A stretch of DNA of 64,000 bases from NCBI GenBank assembly GCA_023255625.1, contig JAHFLF010000001.1, positions 504,074 to 568,073 of the forward strand, given 5' to 3'. Both the position numbers and the translations under genes were made by a program. The DNA is from Candidatus Harrisonbacteria bacterium. Its GTDB lineage: Bacteria; Patescibacteriota; Minisyncoccia; UBA6257; 1-14-0-10-44-23. Below the pieces are notes generated by a model. It was not told the origin of the DNA. It searched no databases and saw nothing but the letters and a program-made list of their open reading frames with translations. Shown piece after piece: positions 44,596-53,303 of this stretch (position 1 is the stretch's first letter; the number at the start of each line of letters is the position of its first letter).

Positions 44596-45558
44596 ATGCG
44601 GTATTATACATCTATGGCTTACACCATGATTGAATTCATAAAAAAGTTGTATGCGCTTGGGGAGCGGCAGTTTGAGAAAGAGCAACAGGCAGCTGTTTTA
44701 ATTCGAAAAGAGCTTGAGGCGTATCATGTACCATATCGGACTGAACATTTTACGATGAATCTGCCCCGTTTCAAGAAGGCAGAGTTGTCTGTTGATGGAC
44801 ATACTATTCCGTGTGTAGCCACCTCACTCGTATCTGGCAAGATCACATCGCCTAATCCGTTGATTAGTTCGCTCACCAGTTCTCAGAATTTTCTACATAA
44901 CTCAAATATTAATTTTAATCAGCTTTGCAGGTCTATATCGCGCAGCAATCATTATTTTGCGCCTTCAGTGGCCGTACATGCGCATGATGTAAAACATTTT
45001 TTGGGAGCAGAGTCTGTTCAGGGAACAGTTATAGTTCATAAAGTCAGACATACGGCTACCAACATACTGGTGGGTAATAGTAAAAATCCTCGCTATGTTG
45101 TTTTTTCGCATTTTGACTCTCTGTATGGGGGTGCGGTTGATAATGCGAGCGGTACAGCGCTGTCTTTGTATCTTGCTACGCAGCACAAAGAGCTTTTGGC
45201 GCATACACTTTTTGTTTTCAGCGGTAACGAAGAACTTTCATATGACGAACCCATTTACTGGGGGCATGGCTATCGGGTTTTTGAAGCTAAACACGGGAGC
45301 GCTCTCAAGCGGGCAAAACATATATTTGTTATCGATTGCATTGGCTTTTCCAAAACAAATTTTGTTAGAGATCAGAAGGTCGTTATATTGGGTTTCCCGG
45401 TCAAATCACTTAGCACTATTATCAATAAAACTACATTAGTGATAGGTGATTACCAAAAGATGATGACTTTTTATCACAGCGATTTAGATACGCCCGAACT
45501 GATTACGGAAGCAGAGATGCGGCGAGCGGCGCAGGCAATGATTAAAAAATTATCATAA
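44596..45558 (+). CDS. M28-like zinc peptidase family protein
   Basis: HFDS...GAVDNASGTA metal-binding block. Confidence 0.5.
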   Translation: MRYYTSMAYTMIEFIKKLYALGERQFEKEQQAAVLIRKELEAYHVPYRTEHFTMNLPRFKKAELSVDGHTIPCVATSLVSGKITSPNPLISSLTSSQNFLHNSNINFNQLCRSISRSNHYFAPSVAVHAHDVKHFLGAESVQGTVIVHKVRHTATNILVGNSKNPRYVVFSHFDSLYGGAVDNASGTALSLYLATQHKELLAHTLFVFSGNEELSYDEPIYWGHGYRVFEAKHGSALKRAKHIFVIDCIGFSKTNFVRDQKVVILGFPVKSLSTIINKTTLVIGDYQKMMTFYHSDLDTPELITEAEMRRAAQAMIKKLS

Positions 45559-45561
45559 TAT

Positions 45562-45984
45562 ATGGCACAAGATTTTTCACGGCGGTTGGCGATCGTAGTC
45601 CGCAGGGATATTGAGAGCTGGCAGACGACTAATACCATCGCGCACATTGCGGGGCGGCTAGGGCATGACATTAAAGAGTATTTGACCGGCAAAATCTTTA
45701 CCACAAAGGACGGCATGAGTGTGCCGCGCAATTCGCAGTATCCGATTATTGTGTTCCAGACAGAGGGGATTGAGAAATTACGAGTTTTCCTCGGCGAAGT
45801 GCGGGTCGCTCAACTGCCGCATCTTGCGTATATTCGAGAGATGATTGATTTTGAAGACGATGACCAGCTCCAGGCCGCGCTCGGACAAAAGAATGACGCA
45901 GAGGTTGAGTATCTTGGCGTTGGCGTATTTGGCGACAACGACACTCTCAAAAAGCTGACCAAGAAGTTTAGTTTGTGGAAATAA
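45562..45984 (+). CDS. DUF2000-like small protein (tentative)
   Basis: 140-aa ORF; weak family resemblance only. Confidence 0.35.
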   Translation: MAQDFSRRLAIVVRRDIESWQTTNTIAHIAGRLGHDIKEYLTGKIFTTKDGMSVPRNSQYPIIVFQTEGIEKLRVFLGEVRVAQLPHLAYIREMIDFEDDDQLQAALGQKNDAEVEYLGVGVFGDNDTLKKLTKKFSLWK

Positions 45985-46062
45985 ACTTTTTGTAGTAAAG
46001 TCCTATTTGTATCGTATACCCCCTTATATTCAAAAAGGCGGGCGTTCTGCATTATGAACTCT

Positions 46063-46134
46063 TTGTCATTCTGACGTACGCGGAAGAATCTCGCCGAAAG
46101 ACGGGTCGAGATCCCTCGGCTTCGGGATGACAAC
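46063..46134. repeat. MITE-like palindromic element, intergenic copy upstream of uvrA
   Basis: TGTCATTCTGACGTACGCGGAAGAATCTCGCC-GAAAGAC-GGGTCGAGATCCCTCGGCTTCGGGATGACAA; imperfect inverted repeat about 72 nt. Confidence 0.7.
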
Positions 46135-46139
46135 TAGAT

Positions 46140-48833
46140 ATGAAAAAACCAAACGAATTCATTAACAAAATTGTTATCAAGGGCGCGCGGGTTCACAACT
46201 TGAAGGATGTGAATTTGGAGTTGCCCAAAAATGAGCTGATTGTTTTTTCGGGGTTGTCGGGGAGTGGAAAAAGTTCGCTTGCATTTGATACGATTTTTGC
46301 GGAGGGGCAGCGCCGGTATGTTGAGTCTCTTTCGCCATATGCGCGGCAATTTTTGGGCCAGATGGAGAAGCCGGATGTGGACGAGATTACCGGGCTCTCA
46401 CCGGCCATTGCCATTGATCAAAAGGCGCACTCGCATAATCCGCGCTCAACCGTGGCAACGCTTACCGAAATTTATGATTACATGCGCGTATTGTTTGCCC
46501 GTGCTGGCGTGGCGTACTGCCCAACCTGTGGTCGCGCTATTCGTAAAATGGCGCCAGAAGAAATTGTAGACACTATTCGCGACGAGGCGGCGAAGCGTAA
46601 GGTGCAGCATGTCACGATCATGGCCTCAATGGTGCGTGGACGAAAAGGCGAGTACTTTCAACTGCTTCAGGATTTGTTTCGCGATGGATTTAACGAGGCG
46701 CGGATTGATGGCAAGACGGTTTCGCTGCACGAAAAAGTTGAGCTGAAGCGATATGGTGCGCACACGATTGATCTGGTTGTAGACAAGGTCATGCCCTCGG
46801 ACAAGTCTCGATTATTTGAGGCGGTGGAGACGGCGCTGACCAAAGGCAAGGGGTTAATTTCAGTTGCGTTTGGGGATCCGGCAACCGTTCGTCATTCTGA
46901 GCGCAGCGAAGAATCTCGCCGGAAAAAGGGGCGAGATCCTTCGGGCATACCTCAGGATGACAAAGGGGAGGATGTGCCGCAGTGGGAGCATGACCTTGAG
47001 GCGTCAAAAAAATTAGACAGCGAGATCCTTCGGCTTCAGGATGACAAGCAGGGAAACGAACAAATGTTTTCGGCGCACTGGAGCTGCCCGCACGACGGAT
47101 TTTCGTTTCCGGAGATTGAGCCGCGCCTGTTTTCATTCAACAGTCCATTTGGCGCGTGTGAGGAGTGCCATGGCATTGGGCATGATTTTTTTGACTCGGC
47201 AAAGGTCTGTGCAAGGTGTAATGGCGCGCGGCTGCGCCCCGAGGTACTATGCATCCGGCTCGGCGGTAAAAATATTGACGAGATTGTGTCGCTGACAATT
47301 GACGAGGCCTATGAATTTTTTGCGGACATTGAGCAACACTTGTCTACGAGCCAAAAAGTAATTGCCAAAAATGCTCTGAAAGAGATTACTGACCGTTTGG
47401 AATTTTTGCTGGAGGTTGGGCTGGATTATATAACGCTCAAGCGCGAGAGCGGCACCCTCTCTGGCGGCGAGGCGCAGCGTATTCGGCTGGCATCGCAGAT
47501 CGGCAGCAAACTTTCCGGCACGCTGTATGTTCTGGACGAACCAACGATTGGTTTGCACGAGCGCGACAATGAGCGGCTCATTAAGATTATGAAGGAGCTG
47601 CGCGACCTGGGCAATACGCTGATTGTGGTTGAGCATGACGAGCGAGTCATTCGCGAAAGCGATTATTTTGTGGATATTGGCCCGGGGCCGGGAGTGCACG
47701 GCGGGCAGATTGTGGCGGCCGGAGAGATGCCAGGAATTTTAAAAACTGCAGGCAAGGAATCTTTGACAGCGCGGTATTTGAGAGGTGAGGAGGAGATTGT
47801 AATTCCAAAAACACGGCGCGAGAAAGATAAGGGCTGGCTCAAGATTATTGGCGCAACTGCCAACAATATTCAAAATTTAAATGTAGAAATTCCGCTGGGA
47901 CGGCTGGTCTGCGTGACGGGTGTATCAGGTAGTGGGAAATCAACGCTGCTAGAGGAAGTTTTGTATCGCAACACGCAGAAGATGCTTGGCGGGTTTCAAA
48001 ATCTTGTAGGAGTGTCAAAAATACTCGGCGTTGAGTTTATCCGCCACATTATTGAGATTGACCAGTCGCCGATTGGCAAGACGCCGCGGAGCAACCCGGC
48101 AACTTACACCGGCGTGTTTGGCCCGATTCGTGATTTGTTTTCAATGCTTCCTGAAGCCCAGGAGCGGGCCTACGGCGCCGGCCGGTTTAGTTTTAATGTG
48201 CCTTCGGCGCGTGGCGGTGGGCGGTGTGAGGCCTGTGAAGGTGCTGGAGCCAAGATTATTGAGATGCACTTTTTGCCGGATGTTTTAGTAACCTGCGATG
48301 TCTGCCGCGGTAAGCGGTTTAATGCCGAGACACTGGAGGTGAAATATAAAAATAAAAGCATTTCACAGGTTTTAGACATGACGGTTGAGGAGGCGCTTAC
48401 GCACTTTGACGGCGTGTACCGCATTACCGATCACTTGCGGGTCATGAACGAAGTGGGACTTGGGTACATTAAGCTCGGCCAATCAGCGACAACGCTCTCG
48501 GGCGGTGAGGCCCAGCGCATTAAGCTGGCAAAAGAGCTCGCTCGGCCCATGGCACGCCATGATTTGTTTATTTTAGACGAGCCGACGACCGGACTGCATT
48601 TTGAAGATGTTAAGATGCTGCTGGAAGTTTTACAAAAGTTAGTTGAAAAGGGGAACACCGTGATTTTAATTGAGCACAATATGCATGTGATTAAAGTGGC
48701 GGATTATTTGATTGACATGGGGCCGGAGGCGGGCGTGCGTGGCGGCAAGGTGATTGCGGAGGGGACGCCGGAAGAAGTGGCGAGAAGTGCAAAATCAATC
48801 ACGGGGAAATATTTGAAAGAGTATTTGAGGTAG
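46140..48833 (+). CDS. uvrA: Excinuclease ABC subunit A
   Basis: Two ABC ATPase modules (GLSGSGKSSL; GVSGSGKSTL), zinc-finger Cys clusters, LSGGE signatures; contains a full and a half MITE-like element in-frame (46891..46973; 47020..47048). Confidence 0.9.
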   Translation: MKKPNEFINKIVIKGARVHNLKDVNLELPKNELIVFSGLSGSGKSSLAFDTIFAEGQRRYVESLSPYARQFLGQMEKPDVDEITGLSPAIAIDQKAHSHNPRSTVATLTEIYDYMRVLFARAGVAYCPTCGRAIRKMAPEEIVDTIRDEAAKRKVQHVTIMASMVRGRKGEYFQLLQDLFRDGFNEARIDGKTVSLHEKVELKRYGAHTIDLVVDKVMPSDKSRLFEAVETALTKGKGLISVAFGDPATVRHSERSEESRRKKGRDPSGIPQDDKGEDVPQWEHDLEASKKLDSEILRLQDDKQGNEQMFSAHWSCPHDGFSFPEIEPRLFSFNSPFGACEECHGIGHDFFDSAKVCARCNGARLRPEVLCIRLGGKNIDEIVSLTIDEAYEFFADIEQHLSTSQKVIAKNALKEITDRLEFLLEVGLDYITLKRESGTLSGGEAQRIRLASQIGSKLSGTLYVLDEPTIGLHERDNERLIKIMKELRDLGNTLIVVEHDERVIRESDYFVDIGPGPGVHGGQIVAAGEMPGILKTAGKESLTARYLRGEEEIVIPKTRREKDKGWLKIIGATANNIQNLNVEIPLGRLVCVTGVSGSGKSTLLEEVLYRNTQKMLGGFQNLVGVSKILGVEFIRHIIEIDQSPIGKTPRSNPATYTGVFGPIRDLFSMLPEAQERAYGAGRFSFNVPSARGGGRCEACEGAGAKIIEMHFLPDVLVTCDVCRGKRFNAETLEVKYKNKSISQVLDMTVEEALTHFDGVYRITDHLRVMNEVGLGYIKLGQSATTLSGGEAQRIKLAKELARPMARHDLFILDEPTTGLHFEDVKMLLEVLQKLVEKGNTVILIEHNMHVIKVADYLIDMGPEAGVRGGKVIAEGTPEEVARSAKSITGKYLKEYLR
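46891..46973. repeat. MITE-like palindromic element, full copy in-frame within uvrA (encodes ..RHSERSEESRRKKGRDPSGIPQDDK..)
   Basis: Near-identical to the uvrC copy at 51058..51130. Confidence 0.7.
47020..47048. repeat. Half-copy (right arm) of the MITE-like element in uvrA (encodes SEILRLQDDKQ)
   Basis: GCGAGATCCTTCGGCTTCAGGATGACAAG. Confidence 0.5.
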
Positions 48834-48843
48834 CGGCGGTATC

Positions 48844-48968
48844 GGTTCCTGGTTTTTGGTTTGCCCCAGACCGGCCCCGTCTATCTGCGCGCGGCTCGCG
48901 CAGCGACTCCTCTCGGCCTCCTCGGCCTGCGAGAGGGCCGCCTTGCGTCAAACCAAAAACCAGGAACC
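48844..48968. repeat. Perfect 20-bp inverted repeats (GGTTCCTGGTTTTTGGTTTG / CAAACCAAAAACCAGGAACC) flanking an 85-nt GC-rich spacer, between the uvrA stop and the GC-rich Cys-repeat gene
   Basis: Seen directly. Confidence 0.5.
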
Positions 48969-49082
48969 TCAATATTTAGTTTGATAATTTTATATAGGTG
49001 GAGTAGGGTAGAAAAATGACTGTGTGCAGAGTCCCTGCGCAGGTCAAGCCGGCTACGAGCTGGCGGAAGGAGAGAGGAAATC

Positions 49083-50210
49083 ATGGCGAGGACATTGTCT
49101 CGGTCGCACCTATCGCGATCGTCGCTCGGATCAAGGTGTTTCGGCGGGGGCGTCAGCATGCGTTTCTGCTGTACATCGGGTCGGCCCGGAGTGGTCAAGA
49201 AGGCGAAGCCGCCTGTGGAGGCCGCCCCTCCGAAGCCCACAATGACTTTCAGCCCGGAGCCTTCTGGCATTCTGTGCGGTGAGTGCGGCAAGCTGAAGGC
49301 GACTCGCCGAGTGGCGTGGGACGGCAAGTTCGTGGGTCGTATCTGCGAGCAGGTCGCCTGCGAATGGAAGGCCATCGAGGACGGCAGTTCCTGGAGGCCG
49401 CGGGTTCCGGCCCCGGCCAGGAAGCCGCAGCCGGCGGTATCCGCCCCGACGGCCAGCCGTGAAGACACGGAGCGGGCCGCTGCTGGGAGGTTCGTTCGTG
49501 AGGGCAGGAGACCCATGCGGCCGGGCAGCGTCGTTCAGCCGAGTTCCCGGGCGACGACGCCCGCACCAGCGGCTGGCATCGATTCCAGTCGGATCAAGGC
49601 GGGTGTGAGGGGATACATGGATGCGTCCAAGAGATGCGTCTGCGGAGGGCATGCGTTCTACGACATCTCTCTCGACGGCGTCCTCATCGGGCAGGCGTGC
49701 TGGGATTCCGCATGCCACAGGAAGTTGGCCACGCAGCATGAGGCAGGGAGCAGCGTGCCGACCGCTGCTGCGACGCCTGCTGTCGCTGACCGGTGGTTCA
49801 CGAAGCCGTTGTCGGCCCGCTCGAGTGGTCTCAAGTGTGCAGTCTGCGGAGCACTCGCGCACTACGAGCTTCTACGCAATGATCGGCCAGTCGGTCTTCT
49901 GTGCTGGCTGGACATCTGCGAGACGACGCTCAAGGAGAGCATCGCCTCCAACAAGCCGCAGGCGGTATCCACCGCGAGCGTCCAGCCCGCGCCCGTGGAC
50001 ATGCGGCATTCGGTGGGGACAGCCGGTTTGTGCAACTTCTGTGGCCGTAGGCACTGGCTGGATATGTCGTTCTACGCGCCTAACGGCGAACTGCTCGGTA
50101 CTAGCTGCATCGAACCTGCCTGCGTCGCCAATGCGAAGGCGAGGGCCCGTCTGGGCGAGAGCTGGACCCAGAAGCAGCCGGCGGCTTCTGGAGGAGGCGG
50201 GCCCCACTAG
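49083..50210 (+). CDS. High-GC protein with four tandem Cys-ribbon-like repeats (CxxCG-x15-19-C-x4-6-C) separated by Pro/Ala-rich linkers
   Basis: Repeats CGECGK..GRICEQVAC / CVCGGH..GQACWDSAC / CAVCGA..GLLCWLDIC / CNFCGR..GTSCIEPAC; GGAGAGAGG ribosome-binding site; about 65% GC; the exact start is uncertain. Confidence 0.5.
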   Translation: MARTLSRSHLSRSSLGSRCFGGGVSMRFCCTSGRPGVVKKAKPPVEAAPPKPTMTFSPEPSGILCGECGKLKATRRVAWDGKFVGRICEQVACEWKAIEDGSSWRPRVPAPARKPQPAVSAPTASREDTERAAAGRFVREGRRPMRPGSVVQPSSRATTPAPAAGIDSSRIKAGVRGYMDASKRCVCGGHAFYDISLDGVLIGQACWDSACHRKLATQHEAGSSVPTAAATPAVADRWFTKPLSARSSGLKCAVCGALAHYELLRNDRPVGLLCWLDICETTLKESIASNKPQAVSTASVQPAPVDMRHSVGTAGLCNFCGRRHWLDMSFYAPNGELLGTSCIEPACVANAKARARLGESWTQKQPAASGGGGPH

Positions 50211-50266
50211 GGGCTCACACTCGCTGGAGTTCCGTGGGATTCCAGCTACAACTACGGGGCGCGCTC

Positions 50267-50309
50267 GGACACCATGCCGAGCGCGCCCGCAATTTTTTTG
50301 GATTTTTTA
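50267..50309 (+). terminator. Rho-independent terminator of the Cys-repeat gene
   Basis: GGGCGCGCTCGG/CCGAGCGCGCCC stem followed by GCAATTTTTTT. Confidence 0.7.
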
Positions 50310-50327
50310 CATATTATCTATAACTGT

Positions 50328-50361
50328 ACTAGTCGCTTATTCGCGCGAATTAGAGACTAGT
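50328..50361. promoter_or_regulatory. ACTAGT-flanked palindromic motif with ATTCGCGCGAAT core in the uvrC upstream region; an inverted 24-nt copy lies inside uvrC (51265..51288)
   Basis: TCGCTTATTCGCGCGAATTAGAGA is the exact reverse complement of 51265..51288. Confidence 0.45.
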
Positions 50362-50639
50362 TGTTTTTGGGTCGGAGTATCAGCTATACTAACCGCTCAC
50401 GGGTTCTTCTGCTTTTGAAAAATTAAAGTTGTTCGGGTATGGTATAAGCGGCTCCGCAGTGCTTTGAGGGAGCACCGAAGTACAAAGATGCCAGGGTGTT
50501 GTTGATAGGATTCTGAGCCAGCGAACTCGCCGTTTTTATCTTTTCCGGCGACGGAGGCGAAAGAATTATTCAATGACCAGTTCCCTCGTTGCAGTCGTGT
50601 CCGGGCGCGGCGCACTCGTCGCGCCCGGAATATACTTGT

Positions 50640-52118
50640 ATGAACTTGGCGATTTATGAAAAATTAAAGAAAATTAGTAAAAAATTTCCGAACAAGCCAG
50701 GGGTTTATTTCTGGCGAAATAAAAAAGGTGCGCCGCTGTACATTGGCCGGGCGGGGAGTTTAAAAAAGCGGATTGCGAATTACTTCGTCACGCCGAAGCT
50801 CGGCGAAGGCGGATCTAGATTAGACCCGCGGATTCGCGAGATGACGCAGGTGGCGCATTCGCTGGATTTTGAAGAGACGGATTCTTTGCTTGAGGCGATT
50901 GTGCTTGAAGCGAATTTAATCAAGCAATACTGGCCCAAATACAATATCTTGGAAAAGGACGGCAAGTCGTTCATTTATCTAGTTATCACCGACGAAGAAT
51001 TTCCAAGACTGCTTCTTGTCCGCGGCCGTGAGTTGGATAAATATTCCGTTAGCTTACGTCATTCTGAGCGCAGCGAAGAATCTCGCCTCAAAACGGAGCG
51101 AGATCCTTCGGGCGTACCTCAGGATGACAAACAAAAAAAGAAAAGGAAGCAGTACGGTACTTTGGGCGTATTTGGACCGTACCAAAGTTATTATCTATTG
51201 CGCAAAGCTTTAGAGATTGTCCGCAAAATTTTCCCGTATTCAAATTGTCGTCCCCCTGACTATTCTCTAATTCGCGCGAATAAGCGAATAGTCAGTAAGC
51301 CCTGCTTTCACTATCAGATCGGCTTATGCCCGGGCGTGTGCGTTGGCGCGATTGATGCAAAGACATACCGTAATAATATCCGTAATTTAATATTGTTTTT
51401 CCGCGGTGAGAAAAAGCAACTGCTCAAAAAATTGCAGAAAGAAGAAGCTTTACCCTCCAAAACTTTTGGGAAAAGTTTGGGAGGGCGAGACGCTATCTTG
51501 GCGCTTAAGCAGGTTCGGGACACGGCGCTTTTGGCTGATTCTGATGTTTTGCTGCGTGGTAATCAGCTCACTGACCGACGGATTGAGGGGTATGACATCA
51601 GCCACTCCGGTGGCAAACAGCCGGTGGGGGCAATGGTGGTGTTTGAGAATGGCGAGCCGGCGCGCGATCAGTATAGGTTGTTTAATATCCGTGGCCCTGC
51701 ATCCTCTTCCGCTATCAACTATAAACTATCAACTATAAACTCCTCCGATGATTTGGCCATGTTGCAGGAAGTTTTGGGGCGGCGGCTCAAACATTCCGAG
51801 TGGCCGTTGCCGCAGATTGTGTTTGTTGACGGTGGCGTAAATCAGGTACGGCGGGTGAATGCCGTGCTTAAGCGGCATAATTTGACATTGCCGGTCGTTG
51901 GATTAGGAAAAGCTGGCCAGCATGCCGCATCGTCGGCCGGGCAGGACAAGTTGGTCGTAGCAAATGCAAAAAAAACCGGTAAAGAATTAATAATTGCGTC
52001 ACGGAATCTATTTCAGCAAGTGCGTAACGAAGCGCACCGGTTTGCAATCAGTGCGCAGCGCCGGCGCGGCAAAAATACTTTCTTGCCGCGCCGACTGCCA
52101 CCTATCTATCCGTCTTAA
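50640..52118 (+). CDS. uvrC: Excinuclease ABC subunit C (short form; ends after the RNase-H-like endonuclease domain, with no C-terminal helix-hairpin-helix (HhH) tail)
   Basis: GIY-YIG N-domain (PGVYFW...PLYIGRAG.LKKR...YF), the UvrBC-interaction region, the C-terminal endonuclease motif EAHRFAI; contains an in-frame MITE-like element (51058..51130) and a palindrome (51257..51298). Confidence 0.85.
   Translation: MNLAIYEKLKKISKKFPNKPGVYFWRNKKGAPLYIGRAGSLKKRIANYFVTPKLGEGGSRLDPRIREMTQVAHSLDFEETDSLLEAIVLEANLIKQYWPKYNILEKDGKSFIYLVITDEEFPRLLLVRGRELDKYSVSLRHSERSEESRLKTERDPSGVPQDDKQKKKRKQYGTLGVFGPYQSYYLLRKALEIVRKIFPYSNCRPPDYSLIRANKRIVSKPCFHYQIGLCPGVCVGAIDAKTYRNNIRNLILFFRGEKKQLLKKLQKEEALPSKTFGKSLGGRDAILALKQVRDTALLADSDVLLRGNQLTDRRIEGYDISHSGGKQPVGAMVVFENGEPARDQYRLFNIRGPASSSAINYKLSTINSSDDLAMLQEVLGRRLKHSEWPLPQIVFVDGGVNQVRRVNAVLKRHNLTLPVVGLGKAGQHAASSAGQDKLVVANAKKTGKELIIASRNLFQQVRNEAHRFAISAQRRRGKNTFLPRRLPPIYPS
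51058..51130. repeat. MITE-like palindromic element, full copy in-frame within uvrC (encodes ..RHSERSEESRLKTERDPSGVPQDDK..)
   Basis: GTCATTCTGAGCGCAGCGAAGAATCTCGCC-TCAAAACGGA-GCGAGATCCTTCGGGCGTACCTCAGGATGACAA. Confidence 0.7.
51257..51298. repeat. 42-bp imperfect palindrome inside uvrC (CTGACTATTC...ATTCGCGCGAAT...GAATAGTCAG)
   Basis: Seen directly; its core is shared with the promoter-region copy. Confidence 0.45.
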
Positions 52119-53205
52119 AGTTCAGAATACTGCCGCGCGCCTCGCCCAATTGGTTACTGGCAACAATGCGGTAGTAATACCGAGTATTTCTACTTAGGCC
52201 TGTGGCTTGTAAATTCACATCCAGATTATCGTAGCCATTACCGGCGGAGCCAAGCGGCGAGGTTGAGCCGATTATGGTCCCAAGTAGTGAGTCGGTGCCA
52301 TACTCAAACCGATAGGTTGTATTAGCTCCATTCGGATTAACTGTTCCGTTAAAGGTAACGGTGGAGGTGGCAATCGCCGTTGCTGGCTTTGTTTGTGCGG
52401 TTGGCTTTGCTGGTGCCGGCGGGCCATTGGTCGTGAAGTTCATGATTGCGCCATTAATCGTGCCGTACTGGTTTTGCCCATTAAGACGGAAGTAGTATTT
52501 TGTACTTGGCGCAAGATTTGAGATTGAGATTGCGACATCCTGCATGCCACTACTATTACCCGCAGACTGCACGGCGGTGATTGTGCCGAGCGATTGGCTG
52601 TCGCCATATTCAAACCAATACGAAGTTTGCACTCCGTTTGGGTTAATCTGTCCGCGCAAGTTGGCGGTGGTGCGGGAGACATCTACCGCCGTTAGAGTTT
52701 TCGTGGTCGGCGCATTGCCTTGTGGTGGCTGGCCGGTTGGCGTGGTCATAAAGCTATATGTATTGCCGTAAGTCGTGCCAAAGCCGTTCTGTGCTGCTAC
52801 ACGGAAAAAGTAGCTAGTGCTTGGCGCGAGCCCAGTGATGTATCCTGGTGCTGAAATATTGCCGAACCCTGAACCAATTGCTGCGCCGGGAGTTCGTGCG
52901 CCGAAAGATGTGTTCTGGCCATACTCATACCAATAAGTTGTCTGTGCGCCATTTGCGCTGACGATGCCCGTTACAATCGCGGTTGTATTTGTAACATGCG
53001 TTTCTGCGTCTGAAGCAGCAACCGGCAAACCGGCTTTTCGCACCGGCGGATTTTGTGTAACCGGTTTGGTTTGCGCAGTCGGCGAGGTGCTCGTTGCCGA
53101 CGGCGTAGTTGTATTTGTGCTGACGGCGCTCATGAGCGCTATAATGCCAGCGAGTACAGCTATTGCCACAAGTCCGGCGGTAATCGCGCTTGTATTTTTT
53201 GTCAT
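52102..53205 (-). CDS. Secreted cell-surface protein with three tandem Fn3/Ig-like repeats of about 85 aa (T..NG.VNPNG..T.Y.FEYG)
   Basis: Signal anchor; Thr/Pro-rich linkers; internal triplication obvious in the translation. Confidence 0.6.
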   Translation of the reverse strand: MTKNTSAITAGLVAIAVLAGIIALMSAVSTNTTTPSATSTSPTAQTKPVTQNPPVRKAGLPVAASDAETHVTNTTAIVTGIVSANGAQTTYWYEYGQNTSFGARTPGAAIGSGFGNISAPGYITGLAPSTSYFFRVAAQNGFGTTYGNTYSFMTTPTGQPPQGNAPTTKTLTAVDVSRTTANLRGQINPNGVQTSYWFEYGDSQSLGTITAVQSAGNSSGMQDVAISISNLAPSTKYYFRLNGQNQYGTINGAIMNFTTNGPPAPAKPTAQTKPATAIATSTVTFNGTVNPNGANTTYRFEYGTDSLLGTIIGSTSPLGSAGNGYDNLDVNLQATGLSRNTRYYYRIVASNQLGEARGSILNFKTDR

Positions 53206-53303
53206 AATGTTAATGTATTAATTAATAATGCGTATACAAATATAGACGGTCTGCAAGACAGAATATTTCAAAGTTTGCTTGTAGGCGCTGGCTCGGGTAG
53301 TAT

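Noticed and set aside
46886-46973. Interpreting the RHSERSEESR...DPSG.PQDDK segments of UvrA/UvrC as a conserved functional protein domain shared by the two proteins
   Set aside because: The identity is at the DNA level, including a non-coding intergenic copy and inverted half-copies translated in another frame. This indicates a mobile DNA element rather than a protein domain.
49016-49282. Alternative frame 49016..49282 / 49024..49245 and large antisense ORFs (48881..49516, 49131..49862) in the Cys-repeat gene region
   Set aside because: Only the 49083..50210 frame shows a four-fold periodic Cys pattern and an RBS. The others are GC-driven open frames.
50589-50639. Upstream extension of uvrC (MQSCPGAAHSSRPEYTC...)
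   Set aside because: The extension lies within a GC hairpin of the 5' leader. The GIY-YIG fold begins at MNLAIYEKL (50640).
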